Positions 9,665-19,600 of a stretch of 64,000 nt of DNA are shown piece after piece. The translations under genes and the position numbers were made by a program. This stretch comes from Spirochaetales bacterium Spiro_07. Its GTDB lineage: Bacteria > Spirochaetota > Spirochaetia > Treponematales > Treponemataceae. The DNA is taken from NCBI GenBank assembly GCA_001603145.1, contig LVBI01000014.1:23558-87557 (forward strand), written 5' to 3'. How positions within the stretch are numbered: position 1 is the stretch's first letter; every line of letters begins with the position of its first letter. The notes beneath the pieces were generated by a model. It was given only the letters and a program-made list of their open reading frames with translations, had not been told where the DNA came from and searched no databases.

Positions 9665-10891
9665 ATGATTTTAGAATTACAACCGGGAAAATTGAAAGGC
9701 ACTGTTGAGGCAATAGCTTCAAAATCTGACGCGCACAGAGCTTTGATTTGCGCGGCTTTTGCAGATGCGCCGTGCAGCCTGAAAATTTCAACAACATCAA
9801 AAGACATTGAAGCAACAGCCGAAGTTCTTCGTGCTTTCGGTGCAGATATCGAACAGTCTGATGATTTGTACAAAGTCATTCCGTCAAAATGCAGGGCGCT
9901 GAAATGCACGGCCGACTGCAACGAAAGCGGCTCGACACTGCGGTTTCTACTGCCGGTTGCAGCTGCCGTCGGCGGCGAAGTGCTTTTTACAGGCAGCGGC
10001 AGGCTTCCGTTAAGACCTATGACTGAATTGTGCAAAACCCTGCAAGACAACGGCATTTCATTTGTTCAACATTCTGAAAATTTTTTGCCGCTCACGCTTT
10101 CTGGCAAATTGAACGGAAAAAGCTTCAAGCTGCCCGGAAACATAAGCTCTCAATATATAAGCGGCCTTTTATTCGCTTCTGCCGTAAGCGGCGGCGGCAA
10201 AATCAGCCTTACTTCTGAGCTTGAATCTGCTTCTTATGTTGAAATAACACGCCGTGTGCTTGAAAAATTCGGCGTAAAAACTGAAAAATCTGACGGCTGC
10301 TACAAAGTGCCTGAAAACCAGAAGCTTGTCTCGCCCGGCTCTTACACCGTTGAAGGCGATTGGTCATGCAGCGCATTCTGGCTTTGCGCCGCTTTTATGG
10401 GCTCTAAAATTTCAGTCTTAAACCTTGATTCAAGCTCTCCGCAAGGCGATAAGGCTGTTGTAGAAATCTTAAAAAAGTTTGAATCTTCTACAGAATGTTC
10501 CGTAGATTGTTCTGATATACCAGACCTTGTGCCGCCGCTTGCAATTGCAGCCTGCGCCAGAAAAAGCGCAACGCATTTTGTAAACGCAGGCAGATTAAGG
10601 CTCAAAGAAAGCGACCGCATTGAATCAGTAGCAAACCTTGTGAATAATCTTGGCGGAAGGGTTGAAACCGCACAAGATTCTCTAACGATTTTTGGCAGCG
10701 GCGCACTTAAAGGCGGCAAAATTTCTAGCCAAAACGACCACCGCATCGTTATGGCGGCGGCCATTGCTTCAACAATATCTGAAAAGCCTGTAACAATTGA
10801 CGGCGCAGAAGCTGTCCAAAAGTCATATCCGACATTCTTTCAAGATTTTAACAAGCTGGGAGGTGCTTTCAATGTCATCAGCCTTCGGTAA
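9665..10891 (+). CDS. aroA: 3-phosphoshikimate 1-carboxyvinyltransferase (EPSP synthase)
   Basis: Motifs KSDAHRALI, GSGRLPLRPM, LKESDR and NDHRIVMAAA. Confidence 0.9.
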   Translation: MILELQPGKLKGTVEAIASKSDAHRALICAAFADAPCSLKISTTSKDIEATAEVLRAFGADIEQSDDLYKVIPSKCRALKCTADCNESGSTLRFLLPVAAAVGGEVLFTGSGRLPLRPMTELCKTLQDNGISFVQHSENFLPLTLSGKLNGKSFKLPGNISSQYISGLLFASAVSGGGKISLTSELESASYVEITRRVLEKFGVKTEKSDGCYKVPENQKLVSPGSYTVEGDWSCSAFWLCAAFMGSKISVLNLDSSSPQGDKAVVEILKKFESSTECSVDCSDIPDLVPPLAIAACARKSATHFVNAGRLRLKESDRIESVANLVNNLGGRVETAQDSLTIFGSGALKGGKISSQNDHRIVMAAAIASTISEKPVTIDGAEAVQKSYPTFFQDFNKLGGAFNVISLR

Positions 10892-11957
10892 CTGCATCAA
10901 AATCTCGATTTTTGGTCAGTCTCATTCTGAGTCAATCGGCGTCGTTATAGACGGGCTGAAAGCTGGCTTCAAGCTTGATATGGACGCAATAAGCGCATTC
11001 ATGAAACGCCGTGCGCCCGGCCAAAACGCCGTTTCTACGCCGCGCGCCGAAGCAGACGAGCCGCATATTGCAAGCGGCCTAGTTGACGGCGTAACATGCG
11101 GCGCGCCTTTATGCGCAATCATCAACAATACGAACGTGCGCTCTAAAGATTATTCCAAACTAAAAGAAGTACCGCGCCCGGCTCACTCTGATTTTCCGGC
11201 TTTTGTAAAACATTCTGGCTTTAACGACATTCGCGGCGGCGGCCATTTTTCGGCAAGGCTCACCGCGCCGCTCTGTTTTGCGGGCGCAGTCTGTATGCAG
11301 CTGCTTCAAGAAGAAGGCATCTACATTGGCGCGCACATTTCTTCAATAAAAGACGTGCACGACCTGCCTTTTGACAGCGTTTCAGTTTCAAAGGCAGAAC
11401 TTGAAAAGCTGAAAAATGCGCCTATGCCGTTGCTAAATCAAGAAACATGGGCTTTAATGGAAAAAACAGTGCTTGACGCAAAGGCACAGGGCGATTCAGT
11501 CGGCGGCATAATTGAATGTGCATGCATCGGCTTAAAGCCCGGCATCGGCGAACCGATGTTTGACGGCATTGAGAACAGAATCTCGCAAGCAATTTTTGCA
11601 GTGCCAGCCGTCAAAGGCATTGAATTCGGCGCAGGCTTTAAAGCAGCTGAACTTTTCGGCTCTGAAAACAATGATTCGTTCTATTTTGACGGCGGCACCG
11701 TAAAAACAAGGACGAATAACCACGGCGGCATTTTGGGCGGCTTAAGCTCAGGCATGCCAATCATTTTCAGGGCGGCATTCAAGCCGACGCCTTCAATTGC
11801 AAAAGAGCAGGATTCGGTCAGCTTGACCGCCAAAAAGAACGAGAAACTCAAAATTGAAGGGCGGCACGACCCGTGCGTTGTGCTTCGCGCAGTGCCTTGC
11901 GTAGAAGCCGCAACAGCAATAGCAATTTATGACCTTCTTTTGGAAAGCAGACGCTAA
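10872..11957 (+). CDS. aroC: Chorismate synthase
   Basis: Start moved to ATG 10872 (MSSAFGN), with a GGGAGGTG SD and a 20-nt overlap with aroA. Motifs GQSHSES, RPAHSD and GRHDPCV. Confidence 0.9.
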   Translation: MSSAFGNCIKISIFGQSHSESIGVVIDGLKAGFKLDMDAISAFMKRRAPGQNAVSTPRAEADEPHIASGLVDGVTCGAPLCAIINNTNVRSKDYSKLKEVPRPAHSDFPAFVKHSGFNDIRGGGHFSARLTAPLCFAGAVCMQLLQEEGIYIGAHISSIKDVHDLPFDSVSVSKAELEKLKNAPMPLLNQETWALMEKTVLDAKAQGDSVGGIIECACIGLKPGIGEPMFDGIENRISQAIFAVPAVKGIEFGAGFKAAELFGSENNDSFYFDGGTVKTRTNNHGGILGGLSSGMPIIFRAAFKPTPSIAKEQDSVSLTAKKNEKLKIEGRHDPCVVLRAVPCVEAATAIAIYDLLLESRR

Positions 11958-11989
11958 ACAAGAAAAATCAGCAAACACAAAGGAATAAT

Positions 11990-13477
11990 ATGGCAGAAAA
12001 TCTTGAAACGTTGAGAAACAAAATCGATGAAATTGACACTCAAATTGCAAAGCTCTTTGCAGAGCGCATGGACGCTGTTGAAAAGATTGGAATCTACAAA
12101 AAAGAAAACGCACTCGGCGTGAACCAATCTGAAAGGGAAAAATCTATCATAAAGCGGCTTACAAAGCTAATTCCACCGAAATATGCAGACGCAATCGAGC
12201 AAGTTTACGAAGCAATCTTTGCAACGAGCAAGCGCTATCAGTCAAAGCTTGTCGGCAAGGCTAAATTCGGTTTGATTGGCCGCAACATCGGCTATTCGTT
12301 CTCAAAAGAAATTCACGCCGCACTTGCAGATTATGACTACAACATCATCAACCTTGAGCCTGAAGAAGTGAGCGGATTTTTCGCCAAAAAAGAATATGCC
12401 GGTTATAACGTGACAATTCCATATAAGCGCGATGCAGCCGCCTTGTGTGACGAGCTTTCTCCGCAGGCAAAAGCGATTGGCTCGGTAAACACTGTTGTGC
12501 TACGCAAAGACGGCACACTTTTCGGCGACAACACCGACTATTACGGCTTTTTAAACATGGCAGAAAAAGCCGGAGTTGATTTTAACGGCAAGAAAGTGCT
12601 TGTCTTTGGCAACGGCGCAACGAGCGCAACAATCTGCGCGGCCGTAAAAGACAAAGGCGGAATCATTACAGTAATTTCGCGCAACGGCAAGACAACTTAT
12701 GCAGATTTGCCTAAGCACAAAGACGCGCAGATTCTGATAAACGCCACACCTGTCGGCACTTTCCCAGAAACTGAAAATCAAATTACGTCGATTGACCAGT
12801 TTGAGCAGGCAGAAGCCGTGCTCGATGTTGTGTACACACCGCTTAAAAGCCGCTTTGTTCAGCAAGGGCTTGAGCGCGGTTTAAAGGCTAGCGGCGGTCT
12901 TCCAATGCTCGTCGGACAAGCGAAAAAGGCTGCAGAGCTTTTTGCCGGCAAGGAAATAAGCAAAGAAGAAGAGGAAAAAGTCTATCACAAGATTTTGCGC
13001 CAGAAGCAGAATCTGATTCTTATCGGAATGCCCGGCTCGGGCAAGACAAGCCTCGGCAAAGCCGCCGCAAAGAAGCTCAACCGCCCTTTTATCGACATAG
13101 ATACAGAAATCGAAAACCGCGAGCATCTTTCTATACCAAAAATATTTGAAAAATTCGGTGAGAGCCATTTCAGGGCAATTGAAACCGAAGTGATTGCTGA
13201 AATTACAAAAACTTCTGGCGCGGTGATTGCTACAGGCGGCGGCGCGGTGATGAACCGCCGAAACAGGCTGAACATCAGACAGAACGGCTTTTGTGTCTTG
13301 ATAAAGCGCGACCAGGAAAAGCTTGCTCTTGAAGGCCGGCCTGTTTCAAAAGCAAAAGGCACAAAGGCGCTTGAAAAAGAGCGTATGCCTGTCTACAAAG
13401 AGCTTGCAGAAGCCGAAATCTCGAACAACGGCACGATTGAACAAGCTCTGGCAGATATTCTGGAGGCTTTTAAATGA
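11990..13477 (+). CDS. Trifunctional chorismate mutase (AroQ class) / shikimate dehydrogenase / shikimate kinase fusion
   Basis: Residues 1-85 are CM-like (LRNKIDEIDTQIAKLFAERM). About 90-335 is AroE-like (GLIGRNIGYSFSKEIH, NVTIPYK, NTD). About 340-495 is AroK-like (LIGMPGSGKTS, GGGAV). Confidence 0.85.
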   Translation: MAENLETLRNKIDEIDTQIAKLFAERMDAVEKIGIYKKENALGVNQSEREKSIIKRLTKLIPPKYADAIEQVYEAIFATSKRYQSKLVGKAKFGLIGRNIGYSFSKEIHAALADYDYNIINLEPEEVSGFFAKKEYAGYNVTIPYKRDAAALCDELSPQAKAIGSVNTVVLRKDGTLFGDNTDYYGFLNMAEKAGVDFNGKKVLVFGNGATSATICAAVKDKGGIITVISRNGKTTYADLPKHKDAQILINATPVGTFPETENQITSIDQFEQAEAVLDVVYTPLKSRFVQQGLERGLKASGGLPMLVGQAKKAAELFAGKEISKEEEEKVYHKILRQKQNLILIGMPGSGKTSLGKAAAKKLNRPFIDIDTEIENREHLSIPKIFEKFGESHFRAIETEVIAEITKTSGAVIATGGGAVMNRRNRLNIRQNGFCVLIKRDQEKLALEGRPVSKAKGTKALEKERMPVYKELAEAEISNNGTIEQALADILEAFK

Positions 13478-13905
13478 AGATACTCGTGATAAACGGCCCG
13501 AACATCAACATGCTCGGCATAAGAGAGCCTGCCATTTATGGCAAGCAAAGCTACAAAGATTTGGTAAAATTCATAAAAGATTCTGCAAAAGCGCGCGGCT
13601 TGAAAGCTGTGCTTTTTCAGTCAAATTCTGAGTCAGCGATTGTGACCAAAATCCAAAAAGCTTTTAACCGCTTTGACGGCATCGTCATAAACCCGGCTGC
13701 ATACACGCACACAAGCGTGGCCATTTTAGACGCATTAAAAGCCGCCGCGGTTCCGGCTGTGGAAGTGCACATCTCAAAAGTTTCAGAAAGAGAAGCTTTC
13801 AGACAAGTGTCTTACGCCGGTATGTATTGCTTTCAAACTTTTGCAGGCTTCGGCTTTGAAGGCTACGCAAAGGCAATGGATGCGCTAATAGAAAAGCTCA
13901 AATAG
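13474..13905 (+). CDS. aroQ: Type II 3-dehydroquinate dehydratase
   Basis: ATGA overlap with the preceding gene. Motifs ILVINGPNINMLGIREP and INPAAYTHTSVA. Confidence 0.9.
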   Translation: MKILVINGPNINMLGIREPAIYGKQSYKDLVKFIKDSAKARGLKAVLFQSNSESAIVTKIQKAFNRFDGIVINPAAYTHTSVAILDALKAAAVPAVEVHISKVSEREAFRQVSYAGMYCFQTFAGFGFEGYAKAMDALIEKLK

Positions 13906-13912
13906 CGAAGTA

Positions 13913-13950
13913 CAAAAAAAGCTGCCGGAAAACCCGACAGCTTTTTTTTA
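13913..13950 (+). terminator. Terminator of the shikimate operon
   Basis: A-run, stem GCTGCCGG / CCGACAGC (one mismatch), then T8. Confidence 0.6.
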
Positions 13951-13952
13951 AG

Positions 13953-13975
13953 ATTGCCGTGTCAGGCACGGCAAT
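13953..13975. repeat. REP-like hairpin repeat (ATTGCC-type)
   Basis: ATTGCCGTG tcagg CACGGCAAT. Same architecture as the copies at 21722, 42722 and 46265. Confidence 0.7.
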
Positions 13976-14000
13976 GCACATTTGGTTTTAGCATAATCAC

Positions 14001-14025
14001 GTCATTCCGAACTTGTTTCGGAATC
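14001..14025. repeat. REP-like hairpin repeat (GTCATTCCGAA-type)
   Basis: GTCATTCCGAACTTGTTTCGGAATC, identical to 28068-28092. An inverted variant lies at 16506-16530. Confidence 0.8.
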
Positions 14026-14050
14026 TATACGCTGATAGAACGGATACGGC

Positions 14051-14080
14051 AAAAAAAAGACCCCGAACCAAGTTCGGGGT
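14051..14080 (-). terminator. Terminator of the MCP gene
   Basis: On the minus strand: stem ACCCCGAAC ttg GTTCGGGGT followed by U8. Confidence 0.75.
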
Positions 14081-14099
14081 GACTTTATAAAAACTCCAA

Positions 14100-16283
14100 T
14101 TACAGTTTGAAGCCCTTTGTCTGCTCGTAGAGGTCGTCTGACAACTGATTGTTCTTGCCAGACAAAGAAGAAACGCTGTCAACAGAATTGTTAATCTGAT
14201 CCATTCTCTGGCTAACATTCTGCGTAACTTCCTTAACCTGATAAGCAAAGTCGCGGAGATTGACCATTTCTTTCTGAACCATTGCAGCGCCGCTGTTCAT
14301 TTCGCTTGAACCGTTCAAGATAAGCGTTGTTGTGTTCTGCATTGTGCGCAAAGATTCAAGAACTTGCTGAGAACCTTCAGCCTGCTCGTTCATAGACATT
14401 GAAATCTCTGACATCAAATCGTTGACGTTACCAATCTGACCAGAAATATCTTCAAATACGGTGTTCGCATCAGTTGACTGGTCAACAACGTTTCCGATGT
14501 TTGAAACTACAATGCGGAGCATTTCTGCAATCTTCTTAGACTGCTCAGAAGTATCTTCCGCAAGCTTACGGATTTCATCAGCAACAACAGAGAAGCCCTT
14601 ACCTGCGTCACCCGCATGGGCAGCCTCAATTGCCGCGTTCATAGCAAGCAAGTTCGTCTGAGAAGCGATTGTCTCGATAAGTTCGTTCGCTTCAAGCAGC
14701 TGCTGTGAATGCTGCGCTGTTTCTTTAACAGATTCGATAACGCCTTCCATCGTGTTTCTACCGGTTTCTGATGCGCCCTTAAGCTCTGTAAAGGTCTTGC
14801 TTGCGCGGCCCAAGTTGTTTGAAACAGACTGAATGTTTGCAACCATCTCTTCGATAGCGGCAGAAGATTCGTTTACGCTGTTAGCCTGATTTCCAATCTG
14901 ATAGTTCAAGCTTTCAATAGTCTTTGAAATCTCATGGACTGTTGAAGTTGTCTCTTCAATGCTTGCGCTCAAATTAATGGCGTTCTTAGAAAGCGTGTCT
15001 GTCTGGCCATTGATATCGCCGATTGCGGTCTTAGTCTGTGAAACAGTATCATTCAAGTTGTTTGAAACGTTACCGAGCTGTTCTGCTTCAGACTGAATTG
15101 ACTTGATGATGTTACCAAGCATCTCAAGGAAGCGGTTGAAGCTCGTAGACATGCGCGCAATAACATCGTTGCCGTCTTCTTTTGATTCAAGGCGCACTGT
15201 AAGGTCGCCTGCACCAGTTGCAAGGGTACCGAAGCTGTTTGCAATTGTGCTCAACGGAAGAACGATGCGCTTAGAGAAGATGAACGAAACGACCGTTACG
15301 ATAAGCGTAACAAAGACGAGCCAAATAGCCGCAAAGCCGAGCTGACTTCTTATCTGTGCGAACATCGGGTCGCGGTCAACGAAAATGCCCATCGTCATAT
15401 AAGTGCCGTCAATCGGAGCAAAAGAAAAAAGCTCTTTTGTATTGTCCAAAGTATATCCTACGACACCAAAGTCTTTTTCTCGGCTAACCATCTTCTGGGC
15501 ATATTCTACAAAGTCAGACGGCAAATCAGATATAGAAGATGTAACAGAAATTTTGCTGCCGTTTTCTTCCTTTACATGAACCAACATATTATCATCCCAG
15601 TGATATACGATGTTGCCCTGGTCATTAACTATAAGAAATTTAACGTTCGTGCCGAATGTTTCCTGCGCCTGCTCCTGAAGCGTCTGAAGTTCTTTTGCGA
15701 ACAAATCAAAAGAAATAGAGCCTGCAATCATTCCGTTAAGATGACCGTTCTTGTGCAAAGTCTGGCAAATCATTATCTGCCTTACGCCATTACTCAAAGA
15801 AACCACTGGCTCAGAAACATAAGACATGTTCTTTTCAGCTTTGTTGTTCGTAACGATGTCTTTAAAATAATCACGGATAGCAATTGAAGAAAGCTTCGCG
15901 TTCGGGCTTTTGTTGTCCGATGTCTGCTTTCCGTCAAAATATGGGTTTCCGCCACCCGTATTGTGATAAGTTCCGTCATTGAAGGCAAGAATTATCTTTT
16001 CATAAGTGCCTTCGCTAACTACAGCCTTCATTGAAGAAGATACGTTTTCCCAGTCATGGTTGATAACACCATCAACCTTAGACAAGGTTGAAGCTACAGA
16101 AACCTTTTCATGAAAAAAAGCTGAAACAGAAGAGGCAGCATTGTTGACATAAGTTTCATAATAAGCGTAGATATCACCGACAGTAGCTTTGTAATTCATA
16201 ATCAACAACATCGCGCTACTTACAAATAGCGGAATCGTTGATACAGCAAAGAACAACGCGCGCAGCTTGTGAGTTAATTTCAT
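14100..16283 (-). CDS. Methyl-accepting chemotaxis protein with periplasmic Cache-type sensor
   Basis: TM, about 280-aa sensor, TM, HAMP. Signalling hairpin [32 protein letters not shown]. Confidence 0.9.
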   Translation of the reverse strand: MKLTHKLRALFFAVSTIPLFVSSAMLLIMNYKATVGDIYAYYETYVNNAASSVSAFFHEKVSVASTLSKVDGVINHDWENVSSSMKAVVSEGTYEKIILAFNDGTYHNTGGGNPYFDGKQTSDNKSPNAKLSSIAIRDYFKDIVTNNKAEKNMSYVSEPVVSLSNGVRQIMICQTLHKNGHLNGMIAGSISFDLFAKELQTLQEQAQETFGTNVKFLIVNDQGNIVYHWDDNMLVHVKEENGSKISVTSSISDLPSDFVEYAQKMVSREKDFGVVGYTLDNTKELFSFAPIDGTYMTMGIFVDRDPMFAQIRSQLGFAAIWLVFVTLIVTVVSFIFSKRIVLPLSTIANSFGTLATGAGDLTVRLESKEDGNDVIARMSTSFNRFLEMLGNIIKSIQSEAEQLGNVSNNLNDTVSQTKTAIGDINGQTDTLSKNAINLSASIEETTSTVHEISKTIESLNYQIGNQANSVNESSAAIEEMVANIQSVSNNLGRASKTFTELKGASETGRNTMEGVIESVKETAQHSQQLLEANELIETIASQTNLLAMNAAIEAAHAGDAGKGFSVVADEIRKLAEDTSEQSKKIAEMLRIVVSNIGNVVDQSTDANTVFEDISGQIGNVNDLMSEISMSMNEQAEGSQQVLESLRTMQNTTTLILNGSSEMNSGAAMVQKEMVNLRDFAYQVKEVTQNVSQRMDQINNSVDSVSSLSGKNNQLSDDLYEQTKGFKL

Positions 16284-16505
16284 CTAAACTCCCATAAAAA
16301 GTTAAGCAATCCGCCAACTTTTTTAATGAATTCTATCAGACAAATTTTTCATTTATGAAAATATTCTTTTCTTTATCGGCCATATTTTGAAATTTCTTTT
16401 GCATCAGAAACTCATAAAACACCAAAAAATTAAATATTTCCAGTTCTTACATATTACAATCAATAGTAATATTTTGACAAGATTTTTTTTGAAAGATTGC
16501 AATGA

Positions 16506-16530
16506 GATTCCGAAATAAATTCGGAATGAC
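16506..16530. repeat. REP-like hairpin repeat (GTCATTCCGAA-type, inverted orientation)
   Basis: GATTCCGAAATAAATTCGGAATGAC. A partial copy CGTCATTCGGGG lies at 16555-16566. Confidence 0.7.
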
Positions 16531-16618
16531 AAACTAGACAAAATTTGCAAAAACCGTCATTCGGGGTTTATAATTATTTAAGTTTTATCTTATTAATCTA
16601 TATGAAGTCTGGGAAAAA

Positions 16619-19600
16619 ATGTCTGAACAAAAAAAACAAATACGCACGCGTCTTTTATTTTTCATTCCGGTAATAATCGTTCTTGCTGTTGTGCTTGTAA
16701 CCGCAAGCCTTCTAATCATAGACCTGAAAACGAAAGAGCTTGCGTCGCAGAACCTGCACACGCTTGAACAGCAGCGCTCAACTTTTGAGATTTCGCTCAA
16801 CTATGAGCTTTTGAAAACACGCTCTGCCGCAGAAGAATTTGCCGCCGCTTTGCAAAACGGCAAAGACCCGGCTGCAACTCTTGCGCTTCTGCAATACAGC
16901 CTTGCGTCAGACTACATATTGTACGACAGCACTGCCGAAAGCAAATGCTATTCATCAAGCAACAAGAACCTCGACAAAGACCGCAGCAACATACATACGC
17001 TGCTTTCTCGCAAAAGCGGCTTTTACGGGCCGGAAATCATCAGCCCGCACGAGCCGGATGCTGAAAAAAAAGCGGTTTTCGTTTTTTCTGCGCCGGTCAG
17101 CACAGGCATTGAAGATTACGGCTTTTTGGGCGGCTTTGTCTATGCAGAGAATATCTTCAACAAGTTTATGCCCGCCGACATGAAAGACAAAGGCTCTTTC
17201 GTGCTTTGCAGCAAAGATGGCACGATTCTGACTTCAACATCAGGCCTTGTGCCGCTCGGCTTTTCGGTCAACGAACCTCTTTCTGGCTGCATGAATCATA
17301 CAAAGAACTTCATTTTTAAGAATAAACCGGCCGGGCTTATAAAGACATCTTTTGAGAATGACCCAAACGGAATGTTCATTTTTGTAGACAGCAACGGCGG
17401 CACGCATTTTGCAACTTTTATTACAGTGCCTGACCGCAACTGGATTTTGCTTTCGATAAGCTCAACAGAAGACTTTAAGGCGAACCTGCTTTATATTGTA
17501 GCGACAATCTGGGCTTTGGCTGGGTTGCTGCTCATCATCTGCATTATAGTTTATCACTTGCGCAGCAGAATCTACATTGCAAGAGAAAAGCTTGCTGACT
17601 CAAAATATGAGCACGAGCGTTTCTTGCGCGAAATCTGCTGCGACATTTACGAGAACGTCATTGAAGCAGATGTAACGGACAACGTGATTCTTGGCAAGTC
17701 TTCCGATGCACTTTTGGAGCATCTGAACCTAAGCAAAAAGACCAGCTACGACGAGTTTCTTAAAACGCTCGTAAAGCAGGTGATTCATCCGAATTTTGCG
17801 TCGCAGTTTTACGAAGCATTCTGTTCAGAGACCTTGCTTAGCAAATATGAGAAAGGCGAAAAAGCAGGCGACATTGTCTTTATGGACAACACCTACAGCG
17901 AGAATTATCTGTGGAAAAGTGCAAAGATTACGCTTTATTATTCTGAATCGACCAATACGGTACGCGCCATCATCTTTGTGCGCAACATCGATGAAGAAAA
18001 GCGCAAAGAACTTTCGCTTATCGAAAAAAGCGAAAAAGACATACTCACGAATCTTCTCAATAAGTCTTCGTTTGACAGCAAGGCAAAAGATTTTCTTGCA
18101 GAAGCCGGAACTACAAACTGCCACCACGCGCTTGTAATCTTAGACATTGATAACTTCCGCCAGATTAACGAAACGCTCGGCTATTTGAGCGGCGACTCGA
18201 TAATCATGGAATTCATCGAAACGATAAAGCGCAACATCAGAAGCGAAGACATTGTGGGCCGTCTTGGCGGCGTAAGCTTTGCAATTATGGTAAAGAACTA
18301 CGGCAACCGCGCCATGCTCAAGACACAGCTGCAAATTCTCTGCGACGAGCTGCACCGCCAGGTTGTGCACGAGAATATCACTTGTACAGTTACAGCGAGT
18401 ATCGGTTGCGCGCTTTACCCTGAGCACAGCACAAGCTATAAAGAGCTTTTCGGCAAGGCGAATGAAGCGCTTTATTTCAGCCAGACGCACGGCATGGACA
18501 CATACACAATTTATGAGTCGCAGCTGCTTAAGCATCAGGCGCTTTTTGTTGATGAAAAAGACATCGACGAGCTTGTAAACACCGCTGCGGACGGAATCGC
18601 AAAGCTTGCGGTGAATCCGGAATTCACTTTTCTATATACTAACCAGAAATTCCTGAACCTTATTGGCCGAACTTCAAAAGACATTGAAGCCGACGGCTTT
18701 ATGGGCATCAAATATTTCCACCAAGACGACGTACCGCAGATTTTCGAAGCATTGTATTTCGCTATGGAAAAGAAGATGCCTTACTCGATTTCTTACAGAA
18801 TTCAGCATAAGAACGGCCAGTACATTTCGGTGCGCACAAAATGCCTTTTCGTAAACGAAAACTACAACGGCACGCCGGTTATGTACAGCATCTTTACAGA
18901 CATTACCGACATGGTAAAGATGAACGAACAGCTTCGCGAAGCAAAAGAAACCGCGCTCGCCGCCACAAAAGCCAAATCGAACTTCCTTGCAAGCATGAGC
19001 CACGAAATCAGAACGCCAATGAACGCCATTATGGGCATGAGCGACCTGATTCTTTTGGACAAGTCTTCGTCAAGCTCGAACATTGAATACGCGCGGAACA
19101 TTTCTACGGCGTGCCGCAGCTTGCTCGGCATCATCAACGACATTCTCGACATTTCAAAGATTGAATCTGGAAAGCTCACGCTTACGGTCGTAACATACAA
19201 CTTCATCGAAATGATAAACGACGTAATTACGATGATAAAGCTCCGCGCGCAAGACAAATACCTCGATTTCTTCGTTCATATAGACCCGAAAATTCCAGCT
19301 GAAATGACGGGCGATGAAATCCGCTTGAAGCAGATTCTGCTCAACATGCTCAGCAATGCCGTAAAATACACCCACGAAGGTTACCTTTCATTGACTGTAG
19401 AGGGGCGCGAAAAAGACGGCAACTACGAACTGCGCTTTATCGTCAGCGACACCGGCATCGGCATCAAAGACGAAGACAGGAAGCATCTTTTTACTGAATT
19501 TGAACGCCTTGACGCGCAGAAGAACCGCAACATCGTGGGTACGGGCTTGGGTCTTTCCATTACAAAAAAGCTGTGCGAAATGATGAACGGCTCAATTTCA

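Noticed and set aside
10797-10871. Upstream start (10797) for chorismate synthase, giving a 95-nt overlap with aroA
   Set aside because: The conserved AroC N-terminus (FGN..K...FGQSHSE) begins at the ATG at 10872, which has a GGGAGGTG SD. The extension has no homology-like features.
13997-14248. Small ORFs spanning hairpin repeats (13997..14248 minus strand; 28066..28251 plus strand, MSFRTCFGIS...)
   Set aside because: They start inside or run through REP-like palindromes and terminators. The peptide similarity between copies only reflects the repeated DNA. They have no RBS, and they overlap a real MCP gene.
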